NCBI GenBank assembly: GCA_051002415.1
Contig: JBPCMI010000140.1
Span: 363-64,362, forward strand
Length of the DNA: 64,000 nt
Direction of reading: 5' to 3'
Source: Pyrinomonadaceae bacterium
Lineage (GTDB): Bacteria > Acidobacteriota > Blastocatellia > Pyrinomonadales > Pyrinomonadaceae
In this document: positions 44,983 through 54,084 of the stretch, in pieces
Layout of the letters: every line of letters starts with the position of its first letter
Position numbering within the stretch: position 1 is the stretch's first letter
The notes under the pieces: generated by a model
The model's database searches: none
Told to the model about the DNA's origin: nothing
Seen by the model: only the letters and a program-made list of their open reading frames with translations
Made by a program: the position numbers and the translations under genes

Positions 44983-45842
44983 TAGACTGCCACTCTTCCA
45001 AACTCGTCCAGAAGCGGCGCCAATGATCGAACAATCTCGTCATGCACCACACCGTTGCTGGCCACCAGTCCGTTGCGGTTCTGAACCTCGGCCACGTTAT
45101 AGCGCAACGGTTGACCAAACAAATCGGTGATGCGGCCTCCCGACTCGTGCAGGATAATCTCGGGAGCGCACGTGTCCCACTGCTTGGTGCGCGGCGAAAG
45201 ATGCACGTAGAGGTCGCACTGCTGTTCGCAAATCAGTCCAACTTTTATTCCCACCGAGCCGCGCCGCACTTCTTCCTTAACCCCGAAAGTGTTTACGACT
45301 TGATCCATGCGTGGGCTTCGATGCGACCGGCTGGCGGCCAAACGCATCCGGTGCAACTCATGTTGCCGGGAAACTGTAGCGCGTTCAGGGATGAAATTTG
45401 GCCGCTCAATCCAACAACCGTCGCCGCGAACTGCCCGATAAAGAGTGCCGGTCAGCGGTTGATAGACAACCCCCAGAACCGCTTCGCCATTTTTCGCGAG
45501 ACCAATTTGCACGGCGAAGTCGCCATTGCCTTCGATAAAGCCTGTAGTCCCATCGAGCGGATCAATCATCCAGACACGGGGTCTATCGAGCCGGTGCGAG
45601 GTGTCAATCGATTCCTCAGCAAGGATGCCGTCGTCAGGAAACTCCTCTTGCAACGACGCAACTATCAGATCATTAGCCACGCGATCTGCTTCCGTGACTG
45701 GTTCGCTATTGCTGAAACTTTCCTTCTGCTCAATCTGGAGCGGCTTGCGATAAAAGTCGAGGATCGACGCCCCGGCCTCGCGCGCGAGTCCCACGGCGAA
45801 CTGCAACTCGCGCTTCAATGTTTGTGATGTCGCCCGGACCAT
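44982..45842 (-). CDS. Inositol monophosphatase family protein (CysQ/SuhB-like)
   Basis: EPVTEADRVAN, WMIDPLDGTTGF and the metal-binding pattern of the IMPase fold. Start set to MVRATSQ (45842). Confidence 0.8.
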   Translation of the reverse strand: MVRATSQTLKRELQFAVGLAREAGASILDFYRKPLQIEQKESFSNSEPVTEADRVANDLIVASLQEEFPDDGILAEESIDTSHRLDRPRVWMIDPLDGTTGFIEGNGDFAVQIGLAKNGEAVLGVVYQPLTGTLYRAVRGDGCWIERPNFIPERATVSRQHELHRMRLAASRSHRSPRMDQVVNTFGVKEEVRRGSVGIKVGLICEQQCDLYVHLSPRTKQWDTCAPEIILHESGGRITDLFGQPLRYNVAEVQNRNGLVASNGVVHDEIVRSLAPLLDEFGRVAV

Positions 45843-46042
45843 GAAATAGAATCGCGAGCGTCTCGCCCGCAACGCGCCGCAGGCGCGCAGTTCTTAGCTC
45901 TTTATCAGAATCTCGTAAGGCTTCGCACTCCCTGCGGGTGAGACTCAACTCACAAAGGAAGATTAGCAGCTGAAGAACCCTGCCCGTAATGACCAAGATC
46001 TTTAATGCGTTTGAACCCCTTCTTTACTTGGCGACTTGGCGG

Positions 46043-47557
46043 TTAATGACCAGCGCGCCGAATTATCTCCAGAGCCTTGTCTATATCCTCACGCGTCGTG
46101 CGAAAGTTTGTGATGCAGGCGCGCAACGCAAACTTGCCATGGATTGTCGCGTTCGAAACGTACGCTTCCCCGCCCCGTTGCACCGTCAGCATCGCCCGCT
46201 GATTCAAAGCGTCCAGCTCGCGCTCAATCTTTACTCGTGTTTCAGTGTCACTCTCGGCCAGCTTCGCTCGCAGTTGTTTTGGCAAATAACGAAAACAACA
46301 GATACTCAGCTCGACCGGAGCGAGCAGCTCAAAATCTTCCGACTGCTCAACACGTTCCGCTAAATACTGCGCCAACGAATTGTCATCGCTAATCGCTGCT
46401 GCAAGGCGTTCGACGCCGTAGTAGCGTAACGTCAGCCAGATTTTCAGCGCGCGAAAACGTCGCGACAACTCCATCCCATAATCCCAAAACGCAAACGACT
46501 CGTCCGGACTCTCTTCAAGCACCTTGATGTAGTCTGCATCCCCAGCCGTAAACGCCAGGCGCGCCGCGGCTTGATCGCGAAATAAGAGACAGCCGGCGTC
46601 GAGGGGCACGTAAAGCCATTTGTGTGGATCAAGCGAGACTGAATCCGCGAGTTCGAGTCCGGCAAAAAGATGACGCTTGCGCGCATCCAGGCTGCCCGGC
46701 GCACCATAAGCGCCGTCAACATGAAACCATATGCCAAACTCGCGAGCAATCTCGGCAATCTCGGCTAACGGATCGACTGCGCCGCTGTTAACTGTTCCGG
46801 CGCTCGCGACTACGCAAAATGGTTGGAAGCCATTCCGGCGATCTTCTTCCAGACGCTTACGCAAGGAGCGCACGTCCAGTCGCAGCCTCTCATCACAAGC
46901 AACCGTGCGCACTTGATCGCGGCCAAAGCCAAGTAGGTCTGCCGCTTTGGGAATCGACATATGCACTTGCTCGGAAGCATAGATCGTCATCGGCGTGCCC
47001 TGGTTCCAAAGGCCTTTTGCGGCGCTATCGCGGCTTGCTTTGTTCCGTTGCGCGATATGTAAAGCAGTGGTATTTGCCAGCGATCCGCCACTCGTTAACA
47101 AACCGTGGGCCTCATCGCTGTAGCCGATGAGCGAACCAAGCCAGCGCACTACCGTCCTTTCAATCTCTGTGGCCGCCGGCCCTGAACGCCACGATGTCAC
47201 ATTTGAATTTAGAGCGGAGGCGATCAGATCTCCGTAAGCGCCGATCGGCGTAGAAGGCGACGCTACGTAACCAAAAAACCGCGGATGACCATTGTGACGG
47301 CTGCCATCGAGTATCGCGCGACAATCAGCGAGCACCTTCTCGAGCGGATGGCCGGCAGGGGACAGATTTGCGCCAACTTGTGAGAGCGTGTCGCTCGCTG
47401 AGGTTTTCGGAAAGACCGGTCGTTCACTGATGCTCGTGAAATAATCTAGTACCAGCCTATTAATTTCTGTAGAAAGCTCGGTGAGATCGGCCTCGGAGAG
47501 ATCCAGAGTCGAACTCCTCGCCGCTGTGGAATTTTTAGTATTGAGAGGCTGACTCAT
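46043..47557 (-). CDS. Group II pyridoxal-phosphate-dependent decarboxylase
   Basis: SGGSLANTTAL and SLDPHKWLYVPLDAG (PLP-binding Lys). ~500 aa. Confidence 0.85.
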   Translation of the reverse strand: MSQPLNTKNSTAARSSTLDLSEADLTELSTEINRLVLDYFTSISERPVFPKTSASDTLSQVGANLSPAGHPLEKVLADCRAILDGSRHNGHPRFFGYVASPSTPIGAYGDLIASALNSNVTSWRSGPAATEIERTVVRWLGSLIGYSDEAHGLLTSGGSLANTTALHIAQRNKASRDSAAKGLWNQGTPMTIYASEQVHMSIPKAADLLGFGRDQVRTVACDERLRLDVRSLRKRLEEDRRNGFQPFCVVASAGTVNSGAVDPLAEIAEIAREFGIWFHVDGAYGAPGSLDARKRHLFAGLELADSVSLDPHKWLYVPLDAGCLLFRDQAAARLAFTAGDADYIKVLEESPDESFAFWDYGMELSRRFRALKIWLTLRYYGVERLAAAISDDNSLAQYLAERVEQSEDFELLAPVELSICCFRYLPKQLRAKLAESDTETRVKIERELDALNQRAMLTVQRGGEAYVSNATIHGKFALRACITNFRTTREDIDKALEIIRRAGH

Positions 47558-47650
47558 CGGGAGCCCGACTATACAGCGTTTGCGCCGATGTGGTCAGCCC
47601 GGAACCGATTGGCGATTGACGATTGAGGATACCAAGCGGCGGCCCCAGAT

Positions 47651-47788
47651 TACCGCCAAGACGCCGAGGCGCAGAGACGCAAAGGAAAACGAAGTTCAAG
47701 AGGGTTAAGATTTTGGCCCTTACGAAGATAAGTCATTTCAGCGCTTAATACTTCCTTTGCGTCTCTGCGCCTCGGCGTCTTGGTGGTA
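47651..47788. repeat. MITE-like element, copy A: 37-bp terminal inverted repeats around a 64-nt core
   Basis: taccgccaagacgccgaggcgcagagacgcaaaggaa (47651-47687) versus the reverse complement of 47752-47788: 36/37 match. Nested inside an outer CGATTGG-type array pair (47604-47628; 47806-47826). Confidence 0.65.
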
Positions 47789-47894
47789 ATGCTGGGTTGT
47801 GAGAGGCGATCAGCAATCGCCATCGTACAGTCGTCGACGCGTTATGATTTCGAAATTAGTGAATCCGATTCTGTCTTGTTAAACTGCGCGCTCA

Positions 47895-49016
47895 ATGATG
47901 CAACCAGAAACTTCAGCTTGCACCACGCGCGAAGGAACAGATCGTTACCGTCAGCGCTTTCAAGAGAATGCTGCAGAAAATCATTTTCGGTTAGAACAAG
48001 ACGTTTATTTGTCGTCGATTGGGATCGGCACCTACCTGGGTAACCCCGACACTCTCACCGATGAAAAGTACGAAGCTGCCGTCATTCGCACTGTCCAACT
48101 CGGCGCCAACGTAATCGATACCGCGGCGAATTATCGTTTTCAACGTAGCGAACGCTCGATCGGAAAAGCCCTTCAGCAATTAACTGGGCGGCACGGTTTC
48201 GCTCGCGATGAGCTGGTCATCTGCACCAAAGGCGGTTACTTGCCTTTCGACGGCGACGCGCCCCGCGATGTGCGCGCTTACGTTCAGGACACATTTGTCG
48301 CACCCGGAATCGCCGGCTTTGGCGACATTGTTGGCGGCAGTCATTGCATGACGCCGGCGTATCTGCAAAACCAACTCGATCAATCGCTGAAAAATTTGGG
48401 ACTTGAATGCATCGACGTGTACTACATTCACAATCCGGAGTCGCAATTGGGCGCCGTTCCTGAGGACAAGTTTTATGAGCGCCTCAGAAAGGCGTTTGCC
48501 AGCCTGGAGAGCAATATTGAGGCAGGCAAGATCAGGATGTATGGCGTGGCCACCTGGAATGGATTCCGCCAGCCGGAATCGGCGGGAGGGCATTCGCTAG
48601 CGAAGATGGTGAAACTAGCCGAAGAGGTTGGGGGCCCGGATCACGGCTTTCGCTTCGTTCAACTGCCTTTCAATCTCGCGATGCCGGAAGCGCTGACCTT
48701 GCTCAATCAGTATGTTAACGACTCGCAACCCATGACTTTTTTGGCTGCGGCAGCGGCGTTGGGAGTGACGGTTGTTTCGAGTGCTTCAATCCTGCAGGGC
48801 CGTGTTGCTCATGGTCTTCCCGAATCAGTTCGCGAACCGCTGGGCTCTCTGGCTACCGATGCCTTAACCGCGATCCAATTTGTGCGCTCAACGCCGGGCA
48901 TCACCACGGCACTAATCGGCATGAGCAGCGTCGAGCACGTGGAAGAGAATATGCAGCTGACGCAGATTGAGCCGGCGCATCGCGATGATTACGCGCGCTT
49001 GTTTTCGGAAACGTAA
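47895..49016 (+). CDS. Aldo/keto reductase family oxidoreductase
   Basis: IGIGTYLG, IDTAANYRFQRSERSIG, and LVICTKGG are typical AKR (beta/alpha)8 motifs. Confidence 0.8.
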   Translation: MMQPETSACTTREGTDRYRQRFQENAAENHFRLEQDVYLSSIGIGTYLGNPDTLTDEKYEAAVIRTVQLGANVIDTAANYRFQRSERSIGKALQQLTGRHGFARDELVICTKGGYLPFDGDAPRDVRAYVQDTFVAPGIAGFGDIVGGSHCMTPAYLQNQLDQSLKNLGLECIDVYYIHNPESQLGAVPEDKFYERLRKAFASLESNIEAGKIRMYGVATWNGFRQPESAGGHSLAKMVKLAEEVGGPDHGFRFVQLPFNLAMPEALTLLNQYVNDSQPMTFLAAAAALGVTVVSSASILQGRVAHGLPESVREPLGSLATDALTAIQFVRSTPGITTALIGMSSVEHVEENMQLTQIEPAHRDDYARLFSET

Positions 49017-49076
49017 CGCGTAGCGCAAACGTTAGTTTGCGGTCGTTCGACGGATCTGAAATTTGAGATTTGAGAT

Positions 49077-49412
49077 TTGAGATCTGAAACATTCCATTCC
49101 TTCGCAGACTTCTGGCCGCATTATGTAAACGAACATAGCAGGCCGGCGACGCGTCTGCTCCACTTGCTCGGCACAGGGGTGGGAATCGCCTCTGTCATCT
49201 ACTTCATTGCTTCCGGACGCTGGTGGTTATTTTTTCTTGGTTTCATTCCCGGCTACGGAGCAGCCTGGGTCGGACACTTCTTCATTGAAAAGAACCGACC
49301 CGCCACATTTCAACACCCACTCTGGTCATTCATGGGCGACTACAAAATGATTTGGCTAATGCTCACCGGAAGGATGAGTGCTGAGGTTAAGAGACTGGAC
49401 ACTGAGAGTTAG
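49077..49412 (+). CDS. DUF962/Mpo1-like small membrane protein
   Basis: FWPHYVNEHSRPATRLLHLLGT...GHFFIEKNRPATFQHPLWSFMGDYKM pattern. TTG start uncertain. Confidence 0.6.
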   Translation: MRSETFHSFADFWPHYVNEHSRPATRLLHLLGTGVGIASVIYFIASGRWWLFFLGFIPGYGAAWVGHFFIEKNRPATFQHPLWSFMGDYKMIWLMLTGRMSAEVKRLDTES

Positions 49413-49589
49413 AACATTTTCCATCTATCATTTTCCATTTTCCATTTGTCATTTAAAGGAAACTGAAACTGCCAAGTTGCCAAGAATAAAACGAGCTTAT
49501 TTCTTAGTCTTAATATTCAAATACTTCACCCTTTACTATGTCTCTCAAGTTTCAAAGTCCAAAGAATCAAGATCAAAGGTCGTTTTATT

Positions 49590-50621
49590 ATGAAAGGCAA
49601 CGTTCCGATTCCCGACCTGCAACACGGCGAAGACGCCTGGCTGATGGTTGTCATCACCTCCGTCCGTGAGCGGCGCACCCAACAGGGCAAACGTTTCTGC
49701 GATATCGTGGCGCGAAACGCGACCGGCACCCTCTCGCTGCGGATTTGGTCGGAAGTGCTTGATACGTGCAGCGCGATAACGCCAGGGCTCTGGGGAATCA
49801 CAGGCAAACTTGAGAGCTTTCAGGACCGGCCGCAGTTTGTAGTCGCCGAATATCGTCCGATCACGGTCGCGCAGTATCGCGAACATCAAAACGCGGAGCC
49901 GGTCTTGCCGCTCGCTTACACAATGGACATCGAGACCCTCGCCATCCCTGAGTTCCGTGAACGCGTCGGTCACCAACTCGAACGACTGATGCGTCTCGGT
50001 AATATGCGACTGGAACAACAACAGCGTTATCTCGCCGACATTGCCGCCGAAGAAGAACGTTGTTACCAACTGGGTTCGCTGAATGCGACCTCGGGAAGAA
50101 TTCTGTCAATCGCAGTGCACGTGGGACCAATTCCGGGAGCCCAGTTAGAGGAAATGACCCAAGTTCATAGTGAGCATCTGTTTGGCATCGACGACGCCGG
50201 CAATGAGGAGCATGAGCGACGCGCTCTGACTTGCTTTCTCAATCTGCTGAAAGATTTCGATCCTGAGACTGACGAGATCGTCGGCCATAACATTCTCGGT
50301 TTCGATCTGCCGTACATCTTCCAACGGTGTCTGGTGAACGAGATTCCGGTGCGACCCTTTATTGATCTATCTGAATTCCACGTGCGCGGCGTTTACGACA
50401 CGATGCATCACTGGTGGCTGGGCTCGAAGCGCTTTGTAAGTCTGGACGACATCGCCTGGGCTTTGGGGATAGAGTCCAGTAAGACCGCGGAAGCTGAGGG
50501 CAGCAAAGTTTTCGAGATGTATGCGGCAGACAAACTGGCTGAAATACGCGAATACAATCTGAACGACGTCCGCGTCACGCGAAAGGTTTATGAGCGCATG
50601 GTGGCCGGCTTTGGACGATAG
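49590..50621 (+). CDS. OB-fold + DnaQ/PolB-exonuclease-like 3'-5' exonuclease
   Basis: N-terminal OB-like (VITSVRERRTQQGKRFCDIVARNATGTLSLRIW). Exo motifs MDIETL (ExoI), IVGHNILGFDLPYIF (ExoII), YNLNDVRVT (ExoIII). Confidence 0.6.
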   Translation: MKGNVPIPDLQHGEDAWLMVVITSVRERRTQQGKRFCDIVARNATGTLSLRIWSEVLDTCSAITPGLWGITGKLESFQDRPQFVVAEYRPITVAQYREHQNAEPVLPLAYTMDIETLAIPEFRERVGHQLERLMRLGNMRLEQQQRYLADIAAEEERCYQLGSLNATSGRILSIAVHVGPIPGAQLEEMTQVHSEHLFGIDDAGNEEHERRALTCFLNLLKDFDPETDEIVGHNILGFDLPYIFQRCLVNEIPVRPFIDLSEFHVRGVYDTMHHWWLGSKRFVSLDDIAWALGIESSKTAEAEGSKVFEMYAADKLAEIREYNLNDVRVTRKVYERMVAGFGR

Positions 50622-50749
50622 TTTCGCGTTTCGAGCGTTCCGAGTTCCGGTTTTCAACGTTTGGGGTCCAATGCCTCTCATCATAGATTGGTCAGAGATT
50701 TCGTCCCGTAGGTTAGCGAACGCGAAACTCGAGACGCGAAACTCGAAAA
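50621..50749. repeat. Inverted pair of GTTTCG/CGAAAC-type arrays
   Basis: gtttcgcgtttcgagcgttccgagttccggttttc ... gcgaacgcgaaactcgagacgcgaaactcgaaaa. Confidence 0.55.
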
Positions 50750-50831
50750 TTTATTTCGGCCCGTAAGCGGGCCAGCGTTTCGTGTTTGCAACGGCCTTTG
50801 ATACACTCCGCCAGGATTCGAAAACAAGCCA

Positions 50832-52298
50832 ATGGATGGACAGACTCTATCGCTCATAATTTTCGTGCTCGGCGTTGCATTAGGGGCAATTGCCGGGTGG
50901 TTTCTCTTAAAAACTAAAGCTAGCGCCGCCAGCGCCGCGAATCTCGCCACCTTAAAAGAACGTCTTGAAGGTAAAGAGACAGAGGTGCAGCGACTGCAGA
51001 CGGCGTTAAGCAATGAACTGTCCGAACACAAGTGCGCACGCGACGAAAGCGTGCAACTGAAGAGCGCTCTCGAAGGCGAGCGCCGGGCGGCCCAGGAACG
51101 AAATGACTCTTTTAAAAAGGCTGCTGACGAACTTGCTGAAAGATTTAAAGCACTCTCGCGCGATGCCTTGAAGGACAATAACGAGTCGTTCCTCGATCTG
51201 GCGCGCTCAACGTTGGAAAGATTTCAGTCGACAGCAAAAGTTGATCTTGAGTCGCGACAGAAAGCAATCGACCAGTTAGTCAAACCACTTAAAGATTCTC
51301 TCGATAAAGTTGATTCGAAAATCGGTGAACTGGAGAAGACCCGCGAGGGGGCTTATTCGGAATTGCGCGAGCAGGTAAAGGCTCTGGCCACGTCACATTC
51401 GCAGCTGCAGGCAGAGACCGGGAACCTGGTAAACGCTTTACGCACTCCACACATTCGCGGTCGCTGGGGCGAAATTCAATTGCGACGTGTCGTCGAGCTT
51501 GCCGGAATGCTGCAGTACTGCGACTTCATTGAACAGGAAACGGTTGTGACTGCGGATGGTCGCCTGCGGCCCGATGTCATTGTCCGCCTACCGGGGAACC
51601 GCACCATTGTCATCGATGCAAAGGTACCTTTTGATGCTTTTTACGAATCGATTGCCACCAAGGACGACGTAATCCGCACCGCCAAACTTAAGGATCACGC
51701 GCGCCTCGTTCGCACCCACATCGGCTCGTTAAGTAAAAAGTCTTACTGGGAGGCAATTCAACCCGCGCCCGAATTCGTGCTTCTGTTTCTGCCGGGCGAA
51801 ACGTTCTACAGCGCCGCCCTCGAGATGGATCCTAAGTTAATCGAGGATGGGGTAGGCCAGGGCGTGATTATCGCCACGCCAACGACGTTGATTGCTCTGC
51901 TCAAAGCAGTTTCTTTCGGGTGGCGCCAGGAACAAATGGCAACGAATGCTCAAGAGGTTAGCAAGCTTGGCAAGGCCCTTTACGACCGCTTGCGCACGTT
52001 CACCAATCATTATGAAGACATCGGCCGCGGACTTGACCGCGCGCTCGACTCATACAACAGAGGTGTTCGGTCCCTCGAGGCACGCGTGTTGGTGACTGCG
52101 CGAAAGTTTAAAGAGCGTGGCGCGATTACGGGTGAAGAGATCGAAACTCCGCAGCCAATCGACAAGCTCGCCAGTGCATTGAGTTTGGACGAAGGTGGGC
52201 TCTTCCCTGAAGCGATAGCGGAAGTCGAGCCCGAAGAGTTGATTGAAGAAGCCCCGCCGCTGTTTAGTCTCTCGGTGGCCGCTGGTGATGATGTCTAA
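50832..52298 (+). CDS. rmuC: DNA recombination protein RmuC
   Basis: N-terminal TM, a long coiled-coil region, then GRWGEIQLRRVVELAGM...DVIVRLPGNRTIVIDAKVP...ATPTTLIALLK, the typical RmuC nuclease-like core. Confidence 0.85.
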   Translation: MDGQTLSLIIFVLGVALGAIAGWFLLKTKASAASAANLATLKERLEGKETEVQRLQTALSNELSEHKCARDESVQLKSALEGERRAAQERNDSFKKAADELAERFKALSRDALKDNNESFLDLARSTLERFQSTAKVDLESRQKAIDQLVKPLKDSLDKVDSKIGELEKTREGAYSELREQVKALATSHSQLQAETGNLVNALRTPHIRGRWGEIQLRRVVELAGMLQYCDFIEQETVVTADGRLRPDVIVRLPGNRTIVIDAKVPFDAFYESIATKDDVIRTAKLKDHARLVRTHIGSLSKKSYWEAIQPAPEFVLLFLPGETFYSAALEMDPKLIEDGVGQGVIIATPTTLIALLKAVSFGWRQEQMATNAQEVSKLGKALYDRLRTFTNHYEDIGRGLDRALDSYNRGVRSLEARVLVTARKFKERGAITGEEIETPQPIDKLASALSLDEGGLFPEAIAEVEPEELIEEAPPLFSLSVAAGDDV

Positions 52299-52379
52299 AA
52301 CCTGATGAGCCCGCGCAGCTGCCTCAGAATGTTCGGGTGCGAAGCTCGCGTAACATGAGGCCAAGAGCGACAAAAGTTA

Positions 52380-52536
52380 GCGTGCGAAGCACGCGTAAAG
52401 CGTAAAGCCTAGGGCGTTAGCCCTAGGTTACCGGAGAGTTAATGCACCGAGCCTGCGAAGCAGGCGTCTAGCGTAGAGCCTAGGGCGTAAGCCCTAGGTA
52501 TCCAAACAACCTCACAACCAGAGCTCGCGAAGCGGG
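52380..52536 (+). repeat. REP-like hairpin cluster upstream of the RAYT gene
   Basis: gcgtgc-gaa-gcacgc (52380-52394), CCTAGGGC-gtta-GCCCTAGG (52408-52427), gcctgc-gaa-gcaggc (52451-52465), CCTAGGGC-gtaa-GCCCTAGG (52479-52498), gctcgc-gaa-gcgggc (52522-52536). Confidence 0.75.
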
Positions 52537-52552
52537 CGAAAGGATTCCTCAC

Positions 52553-53035
52553 ATGTCTCAGTCATACACGAATCTTCTCTACCACTTGATCTTCTCCACC
52601 AAAGAACGTCGTCCAATTATTACCCTGGACTATAAACCCCGGCTCTACGACTACATCGGGGGAATTATTCGAGGGCTCGGCGGCATTTCGCTTGGAATAG
52701 ACGGAGCCGCTGATCACGTACACGTGCTGGCGAAGTTGCGTCCTGAGCGCGCTCTTTCCGATGTCTTGCGCGACTTAAAGGCAAATGCCAGTGGCTGGAT
52801 GCACGATGTCTTTCCGGAAGCTAGAAACTTTTCTTGGCAACGAGGCTACGGAGCATTCACTGTCAGTCAATCACATATCATTGACGTGCAGCGATACATA
52901 GCGGCGCAGGAAGAGCACCACAAACGAGTTTCATTTCGGGATGAATTCATTCAATTCCTGAAGGCGAATGGAATTGCTTACGACGAACGGTATTTGTGCA
53001 CGTTGTCTCTGTCGCCCGCTTCGCGGGCTCATTGA
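52553..53035 (+). CDS. REP-associated tyrosine transposase (IS200-like Y1 transposase, RAYT)
   Basis: HUH motif in ADHVHVLAK, catalytic Tyr region QRYIAAQEEHH, YHLIFSTKERRP N-terminus. No tnpB partner. Flanked by oppositely oriented REP hairpins. Confidence 0.8.
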   Translation: MSQSYTNLLYHLIFSTKERRPIITLDYKPRLYDYIGGIIRGLGGISLGIDGAADHVHVLAKLRPERALSDVLRDLKANASGWMHDVFPEARNFSWQRGYGAFTVSQSHIIDVQRYIAAQEEHHKRVSFRDEFIQFLKANGIAYDERYLCTLSLSPASRAH

Positions 53036-53052
53036 AATTTTCCAACCGGTAA

Positions 53053-53100
53053 CCTAGGGCTTACGCCCTAGGCTTTACGCTAACGCGTGCTTTCGCACGC
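53053..53100 (-). repeat. REP-like hairpins downstream of the RAYT gene, inverted relative to the upstream set
   Basis: CCTAGGGC-ttac-GCCCTAGG (53053-53072) and gcgtgc-tttc-gcacgc (53085-53100). This is the reverse complement of the upstream unit. Confidence 0.75.
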
Positions 53101-53108
53101 TATTCCCA

Positions 53109-53393
53109 TCACCACTTGATGCTGCCTTCCTTAGTAGTATCGATTTGCGGGAGGGCTTCGCTCTCGCTAAAGAGATACCCCTTGATGTTGTCGAACAAAA
53201 AGTTCTGAGCGTCCGGGTTCGTCAAGTCCAGACCGTAATGGTTAATTATCTGCGTCTGCTTTTGTAGCCAACCGCTCCAACAGGGTTGGCAGATTTCATT
53301 TGCGAGACGCTGTCCTAGGTCGTTCGGAAACGGCGCGAAACCCAGCGCCGGCCTTTTCTCGCCACAGTGTTTGCACTTCATTGTTTCAGCCAT
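53109..53393 (-). CDS. yggX: Fe(II)-trafficking / oxidative damage protection protein YggX
   Basis: MAETMKCKHCGEKRPALGFAPFPNDLGQRLANEICQPCWSGWLQKQTQIINHYGLDL matches the YggX pattern (~90 aa). Start at 53393 or 53381. Confidence 0.7.
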   Translation of the reverse strand: MAETMKCKHCGEKRPALGFAPFPNDLGQRLANEICQPCWSGWLQKQTQIINHYGLDLTNPDAQNFLFDNIKGYLFSESEALPQIDTTKEGSIKW

Positions 53394-53404
53394 AACGCTC
53401 CGCG

Positions 53405-53534
53405 CTCTCAAGTCTCAATTCTCAGGTCTCAGGTCTCAGGTCTCGGGTCTAGCTTTGAGATCTTAATCGGTCTGTGGTTCAAGTTGAGCCCGCGAACTTG
53501 AAACTTGAAACTTGAAACCTGAGACCTGAAACTT
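53405..53534. repeat. Inverted pair of GTCTCAG (53405-53449) and CTTGAAA/CTGAGAC (53494-53534) arrays
   Basis: tctcaagtctcaattctcaggtctcaggtctcaggtctcgggtct ... gaacttgaaacttgaaacttgaaacctgagacctgaaactt. Confidence 0.6.
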
Positions 53535-54003
53535 ATTTCTGCGCCGCGCGAATTGCTCCCAGAACCTCATCGTCCTTCGGGCGAAACAATCCGAGCGGCT
53601 GCACCTTTCGATGTCGAATGATTCCATTCGCATCGATTACAAAAACTGAACGCGCCACCTTTCCGGGAATCAGGGAACGCGCTCCATATAAATTAGCCAC
53701 GCTTTGATCCGCATCTGACAGCAAACGCAAAGGCAGCTCGTGGTTACTGGCAAACTTTTGATGCGAATCAACTGAGTCGGCTGAGATGCCGACAACTTCA
53801 GCGCCCGTCGCTGCATAATCGTCCCAGCGGTCGCGAACAGAACACATCTGGCGCGTGCAGATCGGCGTTTCATCGCCCGGGTAGAAGAGTAGTACTACGA
53901 CATTCCCCCGCTGTTCCGAGAGCTTCCATGGTTTCCCTGCTCCATCTGGAAGCGTGAAATCAGGAGCTTCGGTTCCCAATGATGCTTGCGCTGTTTGACT
54001 CAT
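53533..54003 (-). CDS. bcp: Peroxiredoxin, BCP type
   Basis: LLFYPGDETPICTRQMC, with peroxidatic and resolving Cys 5 residues apart. Thioredoxin fold, ~155 aa. Confidence 0.85.
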   Translation of the reverse strand: MSQTAQASLGTEAPDFTLPDGAGKPWKLSEQRGNVVVLLFYPGDETPICTRQMCSVRDRWDDYAATGAEVVGISADSVDSHQKFASNHELPLRLLSDADQSVANLYGARSLIPGKVARSVFVIDANGIIRHRKVQPLGLFRPKDDEVLGAIRAAQK

Positions 54004-54084
54004 TGTTGTTTTCGCTCTTCAGCATACACGTAACAGGCTCACCGCAAAATGTAGTTGCCGGCCTCAGTACTCAATCCGCGTTAT

